NCBI GenBank assembly: GCA_965215265.1
Contig: OZ244048.1
Span: 2,208,001-2,272,000 of the forward strand
Length of the DNA stretch: 64,000 nucleotides
Origin: Candidatus Poribacteria bacterium
GTDB taxonomy: Bacteria; Poribacteria; WGA-4E; WGA-3G
Reading direction: 5' to 3'
The notes beneath the pieces were generated by a model that saw only the letters and a program-made list of their open reading frames with translations, made no database searches and was not told where the DNA came from. Position numbers and translations under genes: made by a program. Shown here piece after piece: positions 52,378-62,271 of this stretch. The stretch's first letter is position 1. Each line of letters starts with the position of its first letter.

Positions 52378-53385
52378 TTAAGTTCCGATATCCCGATTTG
52401 CAAGCATCGTCAATAGCGCGGAATCGTCTACCGTTAGTGGTAAATTAATTTTTGCGCGCTGACGGCTGGACTGATATGTGGCAAAAATGAGCTCAGTTGC
52501 CTGAATTGCCTTGCGGCCGCTCAGTTCGGGCTCACGTCCTGTCTTTATTCCATGAATCAAGTCGAGAACAGAGAGCACTGTTGCGTCGCGTTCCGGTGCC
52601 AGGCCGCTTAGCTCAGGTTGTTCCCATTGATTTGAACCTTCGCGTAAAATTCGGATAGGCGTGCCACCGCCGACATCAATAATACCTTTTGTGCCGATGA
52701 GTCGATTTGAAAACCCACTTAATGCGGTTCCGCCGGTGGCGAGTAGGCCTTCTACGCCGTTTTTCCAGCGAATCCACGATAGGCCGCTGGTTTCAACTTG
52801 AACGCCGAAAACAGTTTTCTCTTCTGCTACATCTATTTGACCGATAACCCAGTCAACAAGTTCGTCATTATTATAAAAAAAGAACATGTCAAACCAATGT
52901 GTTCCCCAATCAAGTAGATTTGGACAGGCTGCTTCGAGCCGGCGCAATTCACCGATCGCGCCCTCGTTTGCCAACCGTTTTGCCTTCACAAACTGCGCGC
53001 CGAATCGACGTTGATGACAAAAGGTTATCACAACGTTGTTATCGACACAAGCTTGATAGAGTGCTTTCGCATCGCCCCAGGTGGGTGCCATCGGTTTTTC
53101 ACAGTGAATTGCCCGAATGCCGCTATTTGCGGCAGCGATGACCATCTCCTTATGAAGTTCTATCCACGTACAGACACTAACAAAATCCAGAGATTCTTGC
53201 GTAAGCATCTCATGGTAATCTTGATAAGTCCTCGCGACATCAAATTGTGCCGCGAAGGCATTTCTTGCATCTTCTACTGGATCCGAACAAGCGACTATCT
53301 CAACATCTGGAGAGGCTTCGTACCCACGAGCATGGCTACGGCCACGCCCACCACATCCGATAATACCTGCTTTAAAAGTTGCCAT
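52378..53385 (-). CDS. Gfo/Idh/MocA family oxidoreductase
   Basis: GIIGCG, HCEKPM, HQRRF, D.GTH..D. Confidence 0.92.
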   Translation of the reverse strand: MATFKAGIIGCGGRGRSHARGYEASPDVEIVACSDPVEDARNAFAAQFDVARTYQDYHEMLTQESLDFVSVCTWIELHKEMVIAAANSGIRAIHCEKPMAPTWGDAKALYQACVDNNVVITFCHQRRFGAQFVKAKRLANEGAIGELRRLEAACPNLLDWGTHWFDMFFFYNNDELVDWVIGQIDVAEEKTVFGVQVETSGLSWIRWKNGVEGLLATGGTALSGFSNRLIGTKGIIDVGGGTPIRILREGSNQWEQPELSGLAPERDATVLSVLDLIHGIKTGREPELSGRKAIQATELIFATYQSSRQRAKINLPLTVDDSALLTMLANRDIGT

Positions 53386-53572
53386 AGCATCCCTCTTTAC
53401 TCTTTATATAATTCGAAATCTCCGTGAGAGTCAAGTTAATCATAAGCATCACGTTTGTCAAATACCGCGACTGGTTTGGATGCAGCGGTTCCCTTTGTCG
53501 CAGTCGCAGCGGTAGACGCAATATTTGTTGCCCAAAACCGACGTGACGCTGAACGCGATGGAAAATTAAATG

Positions 53573-53601
53573 TTGACCCCTATTTTTAATTGTGCTATAG
53601 T
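53573..53601 (+). promoter_or_regulatory. Putative sigma70 promoter
   Basis: TTGACC-N17-TATAGT with extended -10 TG. Confidence 0.55.
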
Positions 53602-53768
53602 TTAACGCAAATCGGATTAAAATTCAAAAGACTTTTTTCCGGTCATGGTAGATTGCGACTCATAGAGAGATGCCACGGTTGCTTTGGCGAGATGAAAGCG
53701 CCCTGTTTACGCCACGAGAACCGTGCAGTACACCGTTCATAAAAAAAACTGAAGAGGAGGAACGACTG

Positions 53769-54176
53769 ATGGCTAACGTAAAACATGACCTGGTTGAATA
53801 TCCTATCCAGGATAACGTTCGGCTTGAGGTATATTGGCGCGACGATGCGGGTGGACGCGGGCCCGCTGCATCCTTGTATGTGTATGATGACGAAATCATG
53901 CGATTTGACTGTTTCGGCAGCGATAATGGACATTGCCACTTTAATTTGCGCCAAACACGCGGCAGACGGTGGATGTATCCAGCAGGCTCCTTCCGGGATC
54001 ATATTCAGCAGAGTTTGTTCGATTTACGAACCAATCTGACGTTTTGTCTGCAAACGCACCAAGATGAACGCGTGCAGTCCGTGGAGGTTGCACAGGAAAA
54101 GCTGGAACACGTCTCACGCCAGATGGAGGCGCAATTGCTGAAATTTGCCGATGAACTGGCAGGCGGAACGGGATGA
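53769..54176 (+). CDS. Hypothetical protein (RFDCF...HxH motif)
   Basis: GAGGAGG RBS; GPAASLYV.D.EIMRFDCFG..NGHCHFN; ATGA overlap with nnr. Confidence 0.72.
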   Translation: MANVKHDLVEYPIQDNVRLEVYWRDDAGGRGPAASLYVYDDEIMRFDCFGSDNGHCHFNLRQTRGRRWMYPAGSFRDHIQQSLFDLRTNLTFCLQTHQDERVQSVEVAQEKLEHVSRQMEAQLLKFADELAGGTG

Positions 54177-55858
54177 AAGTCGTGAGCGCGATGGAAATGC
54201 GCGAGATTGATAGTGAGACGATTGAGGGCATTGGCATTCCCGGCATTGTGCTGATGGAAACCGCCGGACGTGCAATTGCCCACTCAATCGAGCGCAATTA
54301 TCCGGCTTGTCAGCACATCGGCATTTTTGTGGGGAAAGGCAACAACGGGGGCGATGGTTTAGTTATCGCGCGACAACTCGTGCATGTTGGGCGTGCTGTG
54401 GATGTGTTCCTCGTGTCGCCTATTGAAAGTTTTAGAGGGGATGCGCTTAGGAATCTGCAAATTGCGAGTCGTCTCAGTAAGGGGGCGCGGTTTTTTTGTA
54501 TTGTAGGCGAAAATAAGGGTTCTGACATTTTGCAGATTGAATCGGATGGAGACGTTGTTTTCGGGCACTATAAGAAGGTTCCTAATTGGGAATCGGAAAT
54601 TGACATCACATCGCATGTTGACAAACTCAATTGTGAGCTCTTTGTTGATGCAATTTTCGGTATAGGTTTACGTGGCCCGGTTGATGGTGAAATTGCGGAT
54701 GTGATTGAGGCTATCAACCGTAGCTCTGTGCCTATTGTATCGGTTGATGTGCCATCTGGGCTAGATGTGGATACAGGGAGTCAACGTGGTGCCTGCGTCC
54801 GGGCTGATAGAACGGTGACAATCGGGCTACCTAAACGCGGATTGTTGTTGCATCCGGGTGCTGCATTCGCAGGGCAGCTGGAAGTTGCCGATATCGGTTT
54901 TCCGGAGCAAGTTGTCGCTGCACAAAATATTGAAGTGAACTGTACAACAGCGGACGATGCTGCGAATTGGCTGCCGGCGCGTCCTACGGCGACACATAAA
55001 GGTGATTATGGGCGTGTTCTTGTTGTCGCCGGATCGCGCGGCATGACAGGTGCAGCTGCGCTGGCCAGTGAAGCCGCGCTACGCGCAGGGGCAGGATTGG
55101 TAACGCTTGCGATTCCGAAATCTCTCAATCCGATTTTAGAAGTAAAACTAGCTGAAGTCATGACATTGCCCCTCCCGGAAACGGAAACAGGCAGCTTAGC
55201 AGAATCGGCTGTTGCGAGTATTCTCGAATTCGGAGAAAAAACAGAATCAGTACTCGCCATTGGTCCCGGCCTCTCTCAACATCCAGGGACGGTATCACTC
55301 GTTCAATCTGTTGTTAACGCGAATAAGCAATTCGGTTTCCGCATGGTTATCGATGCCGATGGATTGAACGCGCTCTCACAAAAGACGGATAAGGATGCCA
55401 GACTGCAATTCGGCAGAGATACGGTGCTAACACCGCACCCTGGCGAGATGGCACGTCTGATGAATACGACTGTTCCTGAATTAGAGGCGGATCGAATTGG
55501 GAACGCACAGCAATTTGCATGTGAATACGGTGTGACGCTTGTACTTAAAGGGGCACCGACGGTTACAGGATTCCGAGACGGTGATGTCTGGATAAATTCA
55601 ACCGGCAATCCGGGCATGGCATCGGCGGGCATGGGGGATGTATTGACAGGAGTCATCGCCGGGTTGATGGCGCAAGGTTTACCGAGCGAGCAGGCGGCGG
55701 TGCTGGGTGTCTACCTACACGGGTTAGCTGCCGATATCGCTGCTGAGAGGATGGGTTTGCACGGGCTCATCGCGAGCGATGTACTTAACGCAGTCCCACA
55801 AGCAATACTGTCTAGTATGGAGACGCGGGGAAAAATAGAGGTAGAGGCGAAAAAGTGA
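54173..55858 (+). CDS. nnr: Bifunctional NAD(P)HX epimerase/dehydratase (YjeF/Nnr)
   Basis: LMETAG, GKGNNGGDG, DAIFGIG, VDVPSG, HKGDYG, IDADGL, TPHPGE, GMGDVLTG. Confidence 0.95.
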   Translation: MKVVSAMEMREIDSETIEGIGIPGIVLMETAGRAIAHSIERNYPACQHIGIFVGKGNNGGDGLVIARQLVHVGRAVDVFLVSPIESFRGDALRNLQIASRLSKGARFFCIVGENKGSDILQIESDGDVVFGHYKKVPNWESEIDITSHVDKLNCELFVDAIFGIGLRGPVDGEIADVIEAINRSSVPIVSVDVPSGLDVDTGSQRGACVRADRTVTIGLPKRGLLLHPGAAFAGQLEVADIGFPEQVVAAQNIEVNCTTADDAANWLPARPTATHKGDYGRVLVVAGSRGMTGAAALASEAALRAGAGLVTLAIPKSLNPILEVKLAEVMTLPLPETETGSLAESAVASILEFGEKTESVLAIGPGLSQHPGTVSLVQSVVNANKQFGFRMVIDADGLNALSQKTDKDARLQFGRDTVLTPHPGEMARLMNTTVPELEADRIGNAQQFACEYGVTLVLKGAPTVTGFRDGDVWINSTGNPGMASAGMGDVLTGVIAGLMAQGLPSEQAAVLGVYLHGLAADIAAERMGLHGLIASDVLNAVPQAILSSMETRGKIEVEAKK

Positions 55859-55877
55859 TAGAAAAAACGGAGGCATC

Positions 55878-56660
55878 ATGGAACTCGGATTGACAGGAAA
55901 AGTTGCTGTGATAACTGGTGGTAGCGAGGGCATCGGCAAAGGTATCGCGATGCGCTTGTGTATGGAGGGCGCGAAGGTAGCAATTTGCGCGAGACGTGAG
56001 ATAGTTCTAGCAGATGCTGCTGCAGAAATTTGTGCCCAGACAGGCGGTGAAGTGCTTGCAATTTCAGCGGATGTGACGGTGCCGGAAACGTTGACGAAGT
56101 TTATTGAACAGACCGTCTCTGATTTTGGAAGGATTGACATCCTTGTGAATAACGCGGGCCGTTCGGCGGGTGGTGAGTTTGAAAAAACCAGCGACGAGAC
56201 GTGGTATGCCGATCTGGATCTGAAGTTAATGGGTGCTGTGCGTTGCACACGGTTAGTCATCCCGTACATGAAAGCAAATGGAAACGGCCGGATTATCAAC
56301 ATTACGCATCCGGGCGGCAAACAGCCTGGGGCAGGTTCTTGCCCGACTTCGGTGAGTCGCGCAGCTGGCATTGCCTTGACAAAAGCACTCTCCAAGGAAC
56401 TTTTACCTCATAAAATCTTAGTCAATACAGTCTGTCTCACCTCTATTAAGAGCGCACAAGGAGAACGTGCATGGAAGGCAGCGGGTTCACCGGGAACGAT
56501 TGAGGAATATTGGCAGGCACGAGGTACGGAGCATCCGATTGGACGTTTAGGCGAACCGGATGAAGTCGGGGATTTAGTTGCTTTTCTCGTATCAGAACGC
56601 GCGTCGTTTATTACAGGAACGGCTATTAATATTGATGGAGGGCTGTCAGCAGTTGTATAA
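55878..56660 (+). CDS. Short-chain dehydrogenase/reductase
   Basis: TGGSEGIG, DILVNNAG, ITGTAINIDGG; the catalytic YxxxK motif is replaced (TSVSR). Confidence 0.9.
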   Translation: MELGLTGKVAVITGGSEGIGKGIAMRLCMEGAKVAICARREIVLADAAAEICAQTGGEVLAISADVTVPETLTKFIEQTVSDFGRIDILVNNAGRSAGGEFEKTSDETWYADLDLKLMGAVRCTRLVIPYMKANGNGRIINITHPGGKQPGAGSCPTSVSRAAGIALTKALSKELLPHKILVNTVCLTSIKSAQGERAWKAAGSPGTIEEYWQARGTEHPIGRLGEPDEVGDLVAFLVSERASFITGTAINIDGGLSAVV

Positions 56661-56749
56661 GGAAGCAGGCATAAGGTTCGTGCCCGGCTTAATGGTTTGA
56701 ACTAAGGTAAACATTTTTCACCGGCATCTGCATAGAAAAAAAGGAAAAG

Positions 56750-57157
56750 ATGGCATACAAAATTTATCCGGTAGCGGCGGCTGATGCGTCCACTGCATTC
56801 CAAATAGAACTGGATGCACGGGCAATTGCAGCGGCGAAAGAACTTGAGAACAGCAGCGGTGATAGGGGAGAGCGGGAAGGAATTTTACAGAAACACTTCG
56901 GTTCCGATTACGAGAAAGGCTACCGAGGCACTGCATGGAGCTTGCACGGTATCTCCGCAGGACTGACACCGTCACGTTTGGCGGCACTGCTGGATGCACA
57001 CGGTGAATTCTTCGATGCCTGCGAAGAACGCGAAACGTTTGACCACAGCCTCATGGTGAACGTTGAAGAAGAATTGGCATCGCAGCTAGAGGATATTCCT
57101 GAATCTGTTTTGGAGGCAATTGTTGAGACGTATAAGGCGGAATTGTTAAGCATGTAG
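56750..57157 (+). CDS. Hypothetical acidic protein
   Basis: 135-aa ORF with AAGGA RBS; no recognised motif. Confidence 0.6.
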   Translation: MAYKIYPVAAADASTAFQIELDARAIAAAKELENSSGDRGEREGILQKHFGSDYEKGYRGTAWSLHGISAGLTPSRLAALLDAHGEFFDACEERETFDHSLMVNVEEELASQLEDIPESVLEAIVETYKAELLSM

Positions 57158-57160
57158 TCC

Positions 57161-57574
57161 TTTTTTCGTATATTTCAGTACCATCAACGCTTATGCTTTG
57201 CTAATCCGTGTGTAAATCTCGTCGGAGGTTCTCTCTGTTTCGATACAAAACATAAACGGCTCTGACGAGTTTTGTGCAAGGGTTATCATAACATCAATCA
57301 TTGTTGGGCCCCTGTAGACAAAAGAGCGAGATTTGTAAAGTGTTTATCAAAACATAGTGCGTTATTGTGCAATAGTAGACAACTTTTTCCCAATTCCTGT
57401 GTGCATAAGTTCTAATTTTTCATCTAGTGCATCACAACAAAAATCAATGTTGTGATGAAATATTTACAAATCTCGTCGGAGGGTTCTGATGTTTAGAACC
57501 AATGCCTCGAACGGCTCCGACGAGATTTACACACGAGCTATCAAAACATAGACGTTGATGGTACGGAGATATAA
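57161..57574. repeat. Nested palindromic intergenic element (~60-nt unit family), copy 3 (compound)
   Basis: 57161-57382 is colinear with 6083-6310. A second core AAATCTCGTCGGAG...CTCCGACGAGATTT at 57468-57528 is followed by an inverted unit ending GATGGTACGGAGATATA. Confidence 0.82.
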
Positions 57575-57657
57575 GGTGTTCATAAAAGCGTCTTTGTTGT
57601 GCTTAAATATACTAAAAGATCTTTTCAGACGTGTAAGCACCGGAAGGAACATATGAG

Positions 57658-59088
57658 ATGTTACTGACTCTGATTCAAAAAGAGATTATGCATCATGTGC
57701 TCAGTGTACGGTTTATTGCTCTCCTACTGATGTGTCTCTTGCTCATTCCGCTGACCCTTTCTATCAATTATCACAAACACCTTCAACACCGGGTCGATTA
57801 TCAAGAGGCGGTTAAGCTCGCAAACATAGAAGAAACTACGGTGAACCCGAAGATGCCCCTGGAACCGGAGCTTGAAGTGTCCAAACTTTTCCTCAAACCC
57901 ACGCCGTTGAGTGTGTTCGCGAGCGGTTTAGAGGAGGCTCTGCCGAGCTATCTTGGGATGACGCGCAACGGTGTGACGCAAGGCGCGCCGGCACTCGTTT
58001 CGGCACCGCTTTCTTATCTTTTGGGACAGCTCGATTTTCTGTTCATTGTCAGTACAGTCTTCAGTCTGCTAGCGCTGCTATTTACCTTTGATGCCGTTGC
58101 CGGAGAAAGAGAGGCAGGGACGCTGCGGATAACCTTAGCAAACTCTCTGCCGCGTGATTACTTCCTATGGAGCAAACTAATCGGTGGCTATATTGTGTTT
58201 ATAGTACCGTTCTTAATGTCGTTCCTCGTCGGCTTACTGATGCTTGTCACGCAAGGGTTCCCGCTCGGCGAGCCAGACATTTTGGGTCGAACTCTTGGCA
58301 TCATACTGGTTTCAATGCTCTATATCGCAGTATTTTTTGCAATAGGAACGGTGATTTCGACCTTTCTAGACAGTTCTAAAACGGCACTTATTATCGCCTT
58401 TACTGTGTGGGTGTTCGCGGTGCTCATTGCCCCCCGGATTGGGTTTCTTGCGGCGAAATTCATCGCACCGACACAAACTTTGCAGAGTGTCTATCAAGAA
58501 AAGACGGCAATCCGAGATAATTTAAATGCAGAACTTGAACCGAAAAAAATGAAAATACACCAAGAAATTTGGAAAGACCTTGGTCAACTCTCTGTAGAAG
58601 AGCAGATTGCGGCTGGAATGGAAACTGGAAAAGAGGTTGATAAACGCGTGCAACCGCTTGAACAGGAGTATCGACAGAAATTTGTGAAGCTAGCTAACGA
58701 GATAGATAGACGTTATCAACGTGAAAAGAAGCGACAGGAGCAGGTAGGGGAAACCTTATCCCGAATCACACCGACATCTTCCTTAATCTATATTAGCACG
58801 AATTTAACACGGACGGGTAGGGAGAAAAAAAGCACCTATTTCGAAGTAGGGGAACGCTACCATGATGCACTCTATATAGATTTGTTCAGTAAAATCGTAG
58901 ATCATCTCTCCACCAGAACGACCAATCCTGCTACGGATATAGTCAAAATCACACAACCGCCAGCCATAGAAGAGACTTCCCTAGCGGAGACTTTGCGTCA
59001 ATCCCTTGTTGATGTACTGCTGCTCTGTTTCTTCGCAGTGGTGTTAGCAACAGTAGCATTTGTGAAATTCTTCCGTTCGGATATTTGA
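57658..59088 (+). CDS. ABC-2 type transporter permease with large extracytoplasmic loops
   Basis: I.KE....., D..F....FSLLA.LFTFDA.AGERE.GTL...L.N..PR; about 6 TM helices; C-terminal F.R.DI. Confidence 0.87.
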   Translation: MLLTLIQKEIMHHVLSVRFIALLLMCLLLIPLTLSINYHKHLQHRVDYQEAVKLANIEETTVNPKMPLEPELEVSKLFLKPTPLSVFASGLEEALPSYLGMTRNGVTQGAPALVSAPLSYLLGQLDFLFIVSTVFSLLALLFTFDAVAGEREAGTLRITLANSLPRDYFLWSKLIGGYIVFIVPFLMSFLVGLLMLVTQGFPLGEPDILGRTLGIILVSMLYIAVFFAIGTVISTFLDSSKTALIIAFTVWVFAVLIAPRIGFLAAKFIAPTQTLQSVYQEKTAIRDNLNAELEPKKMKIHQEIWKDLGQLSVEEQIAAGMETGKEVDKRVQPLEQEYRQKFVKLANEIDRRYQREKKRQEQVGETLSRITPTSSLIYISTNLTRTGREKKSTYFEVGERYHDALYIDLFSKIVDHLSTRTTNPATDIVKITQPPAIEETSLAETLRQSLVDVLLLCFFAVVLATVAFVKFFRSDI

Positions 59089-59094
59089 GGTTCA

Positions 59095-59152
59095 CAATAT
59101 CTCAGCCCCTCACCACGTGATGTTTTTTCGTATACTGTAACCCATCAACAAA
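59095..59152. repeat. Truncated units of the palindromic repeat family between convergent permease genes
   Basis: ATATCTCAGCCC..CACC..GTGATG and TTTTTTCGTATA.TG..ACCCATCAAC resemble the starts of left units. Confidence 0.5.
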
Positions 59153-59158
59153 AGGAAA

Positions 59159-60607
59159 TCACTTCAGCTCGCTTTTCAAGAACGAAATCTGCGCAAGAAT
59201 AAAGAACAGCAGATTAAAAAGTATTAGTAGCGCGCTGGGGAGCAGCACGTTTTCGTGCGAGCTGCGCTCCTCAAATCTGGGGACTGCGTCGGGTGCCACG
59301 GGTTTCTGGGACAAACCCTCTTTGACAGGATAGATGTGTAAACTCTCTGGATCGTTTCGATCCGCGGTTTTGACAAAATCGATAAAGGTTTGACGGTATC
59401 GGCGTGCTTGTTTGACAAAATTCATGTAGCTTACCATCCCGGTGTTTGCGAGTCCTTCCATCGCATATTGGAAGCATGCTATTGGGGAGAGCTGCGTCAA
59501 ACCGGCTGCAAATTGTAATTGTCGAAATTGCCGGTCGATCTGTTCATCAGCAAACCGAGTTTTGATTGCGACTTCTTTGTTGAAGAATTCAGCCCATTTG
59601 CGTGTTGCCTCTGGATCTTGGGTAGAGGCAGCTTTCGGTAATTTGCCATCATCGCCAAAAGGGTTGTAGTCATCTCTTATCTGTTGGAGCTGCTTCTCTT
59701 TTTGCCTGGCGACCTCGTCAACGGATGGAATCGGGTTCAAATTGCTGACGAAGGTAGCGAGGAGCCCTGGAAACACAAACGCCAAGCAGACCCAGGTGAG
59801 GAGCAGCCACACTAGACTGGTAATTGCATTAGTGACACGACTTGAGACAAACAGTCCGAGGAAGATAAAGTTTGAGAGGTGTAGGGCAAAGAGTCCTATG
59901 ATGGCGAGGATGCGCAGCCAGTCGCTCCCGTCAAGCGGTATACTCTTTGTGAGAAGGATGGCAATCAGATTCATCAGGATGCCGATAATAAGTGGTAACG
60001 TAAGCGTCACAAACGCCCCGAGGTATTTCCCTAGTAGCATCTGCCCGCGTGATACTTGATTGGACATGATGAGACTCAGCGTGCCGCGTGTCCGTTCGCC
60101 GGCGATGGCATCAAACGTGAACAAGATTGTGAAGAAACTCATCAGAACGCCGATGAACACCCAATCCATTTTGATACGCTGGGTTGAACTGGCACCGCTG
60201 CTCGTAAGCGGATATTCCAAAACCCATGGACCGCTCCAAGAGTAGTCAAAATCCTTATCTCCACTGCTTCGACTGGCAGAGCCTTGAACTTGCATGAAGA
60301 CCTGATCTGGTATGAGTTCATCAGCACCATCGACGCAAAATTTGAGGCGACTGGGCTGCTTGGGTATATTGCCGGGGCCCTCTAGTGCCAATTTCGCGAG
60401 GCTGTCCGCTGCGATGTTTTGGAGCCGTGTCTGCCGCTGCTTGAGTATACTATGATAGGTATTATTTTGCGCGGTATACCCATCCTTACCTAACCCGTAA
60501 ATCAGCGCGTTCGCTACCATGAGGAGCGGCAGCAATATCATAGTTAAGGCGAACCGCAGCGTCGTCAGATTATGATAAATTTCTTTCGTGGCGATGTACC
60601 AAATCAT
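59159..60607 (-). CDS. ABC-2 type transporter permease
   Basis: MIWYIA.KE, FTFDAIAGERTRGTL.L..SN.VSR, LLGKYLG. Confidence 0.87.
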   Translation of the reverse strand: MIWYIATKEIYHNLTTLRFALTMILLPLLMVANALIYGLGKDGYTAQNNTYHSILKQRQTRLQNIAADSLAKLALEGPGNIPKQPSRLKFCVDGADELIPDQVFMQVQGSASRSSGDKDFDYSWSGPWVLEYPLTSSGASSTQRIKMDWVFIGVLMSFFTILFTFDAIAGERTRGTLSLIMSNQVSRGQMLLGKYLGAFVTLTLPLIIGILMNLIAILLTKSIPLDGSDWLRILAIIGLFALHLSNFIFLGLFVSSRVTNAITSLVWLLLTWVCLAFVFPGLLATFVSNLNPIPSVDEVARQKEKQLQQIRDDYNPFGDDGKLPKAASTQDPEATRKWAEFFNKEVAIKTRFADEQIDRQFRQLQFAAGLTQLSPIACFQYAMEGLANTGMVSYMNFVKQARRYRQTFIDFVKTADRNDPESLHIYPVKEGLSQKPVAPDAVPRFEERSSHENVLLPSALLILFNLLFFILAQISFLKSELK

Positions 60608-60652
60608 GGATTTTCTCCGAAAAAAAAACCGTATAGGTGGGGTGCAATGCTT

Positions 60653-62158
60653 TCAACTCATATCATAGCGAAGGAACGAGAGATACGCGGCCATGAAGAG
60701 GATGAGGTTCCACGCAAATAAGATGAAAAAATCGCCTTGGGCGCGCGATAGACTTTCTAAGAGAGAAGGACGGCGGTGCTGAAAAGTGGGCATATCAGTG
60801 AACACCGCCTGGCCTTGGTCATCGGCGAACCACTGGCGTGAAGAAAACGCCTCTTTATCGATGAGATAATTCACAATTTCGCGCTTATAGGTTCGTGCAC
60901 TTAAAAGGAAGTCCCGATAACTTTCCCGATTCGTGCCGGCGATAGTCCCGACAGCGAAGCGGTATACCTCAGCGAAAGAGATACGAGAAATGTCGTCAGC
61001 GAACTGTGCATTCTTCTCTTGGTCATCGGCTGTTTTTCTGAGAATTGCGCCAACCCTATCCGCATACCGAACGCGCAGCGGTTCTTGCCAGCCCAGAAAT
61101 TCCTGATATTTAGAAGTATCGGCGACCTCTAGGCTATTCGGTGTCCATTTCTCTGCTAGGTGAAATGGAGAAGAACCAGAGGACGAGCCGCCGCCGGTAC
61201 TCTGTGTATTTGGTGGCCAAGAAACGGTATCCAAAGGTTTCTGATAGCCGCGTTTTTTTAGATAGGTATCGCGCTCTCTTTTGAACTCTTCCCACAACTC
61301 AATTGTCTGAGAAACCCGGTTAGTGGATTTAACAGGATGAGGTGGGAATTTCTCGACGGCAAAGAGCGTTAGGTTTGAATGCACGATAGTTAGCAGAACC
61401 CAAATAAACATGGAGAGTATTAAAGTCGTCGCCGCTTCTTTAGTCCATACGGACAGGAGGAGCCCGACAAGATACCACGTTGAGACGTAGAACAGAGAGA
61501 GCACGAGAATCAAGCTGATACGCCCCATATCAGCACCGTCAAAATCGGTTACAGGTGAGGTTTGCGCAAGGAGGAACGCGACTAGAAAACTGATAAGGAT
61601 AATTGGGAGGAGTGATAGCATCCCCCCAAGGTATTTTCCAAGCACCAAGATGCCCCTTGAAATCGGATTGGACAGTACCAGTTTTAACGTTCCATCTTCG
61701 CTCTCCCCAGAAATCGTATTATAAGCGAATAGAATCGCCAATGCGCTCAGCACGATTTTAGAGACGAAAGTTACATCAACGGTGAGGAACCTCGCTAAAA
61801 AAGGATTATCCGAGCCCCGTTTCTGCGCGTCTGGTGAGCCGCCCCAAATCGGTTTAGGGAGCTCAATACTGATGGTATTGGCACCCACATTTTCCATTCC
61901 GACGTTAAAGATACCGAGCGGATTCGGCTTCCGGTGTGCTTTGGGACTGATATCGCTATAGAGGTTCCACAAATCGGATTCTCCTTGTGTTTCTCGTATA
62001 GCCGTGTGATAGGCTGTCAGTCGGTTCTCATAATGATCAACTTGCACGAAAACAGCAACACCTATCGCAAGCAGATTGACAAGGAACCCGATGATAAAGC
62101 GAGAAGTTAGGACATTTGAGACGAATTCTCGTCGGATAATTAGCCATAATGCTGTCAT
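60653..62158 (-). CDS. ABC-2 type transporter permease (start MTALW)
   Basis: LIIRREF, AILFAYNTISGE.E.GTLKLVLSNPISR, LGKYLGG, FLRYD; GAGGA RBS. Confidence 0.87.
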   Translation of the reverse strand: MTALWLIIRREFVSNVLTSRFIIGFLVNLLAIGVAVFVQVDHYENRLTAYHTAIRETQGESDLWNLYSDISPKAHRKPNPLGIFNVGMENVGANTISIELPKPIWGGSPDAQKRGSDNPFLARFLTVDVTFVSKIVLSALAILFAYNTISGESEDGTLKLVLSNPISRGILVLGKYLGGMLSLLPIILISFLVAFLLAQTSPVTDFDGADMGRISLILVLSLFYVSTWYLVGLLLSVWTKEAATTLILSMFIWVLLTIVHSNLTLFAVEKFPPHPVKSTNRVSQTIELWEEFKRERDTYLKKRGYQKPLDTVSWPPNTQSTGGGSSSGSSPFHLAEKWTPNSLEVADTSKYQEFLGWQEPLRVRYADRVGAILRKTADDQEKNAQFADDISRISFAEVYRFAVGTIAGTNRESYRDFLLSARTYKREIVNYLIDKEAFSSRQWFADDQGQAVFTDMPTFQHRRPSLLESLSRAQGDFFILFAWNLILFMAAYLSFLRYDMS

Positions 62159-62271
62159 TTTTATGTCCTCTGTTAGTAAGTGTGAGCCGGAGTGGCAGGA
62201 TAGGTATCTTTGTCTCATGGCAAGATTACCTTTTACCTGCCTCCCCCACTGGGAAGTTTGCGTGTGCCTGT

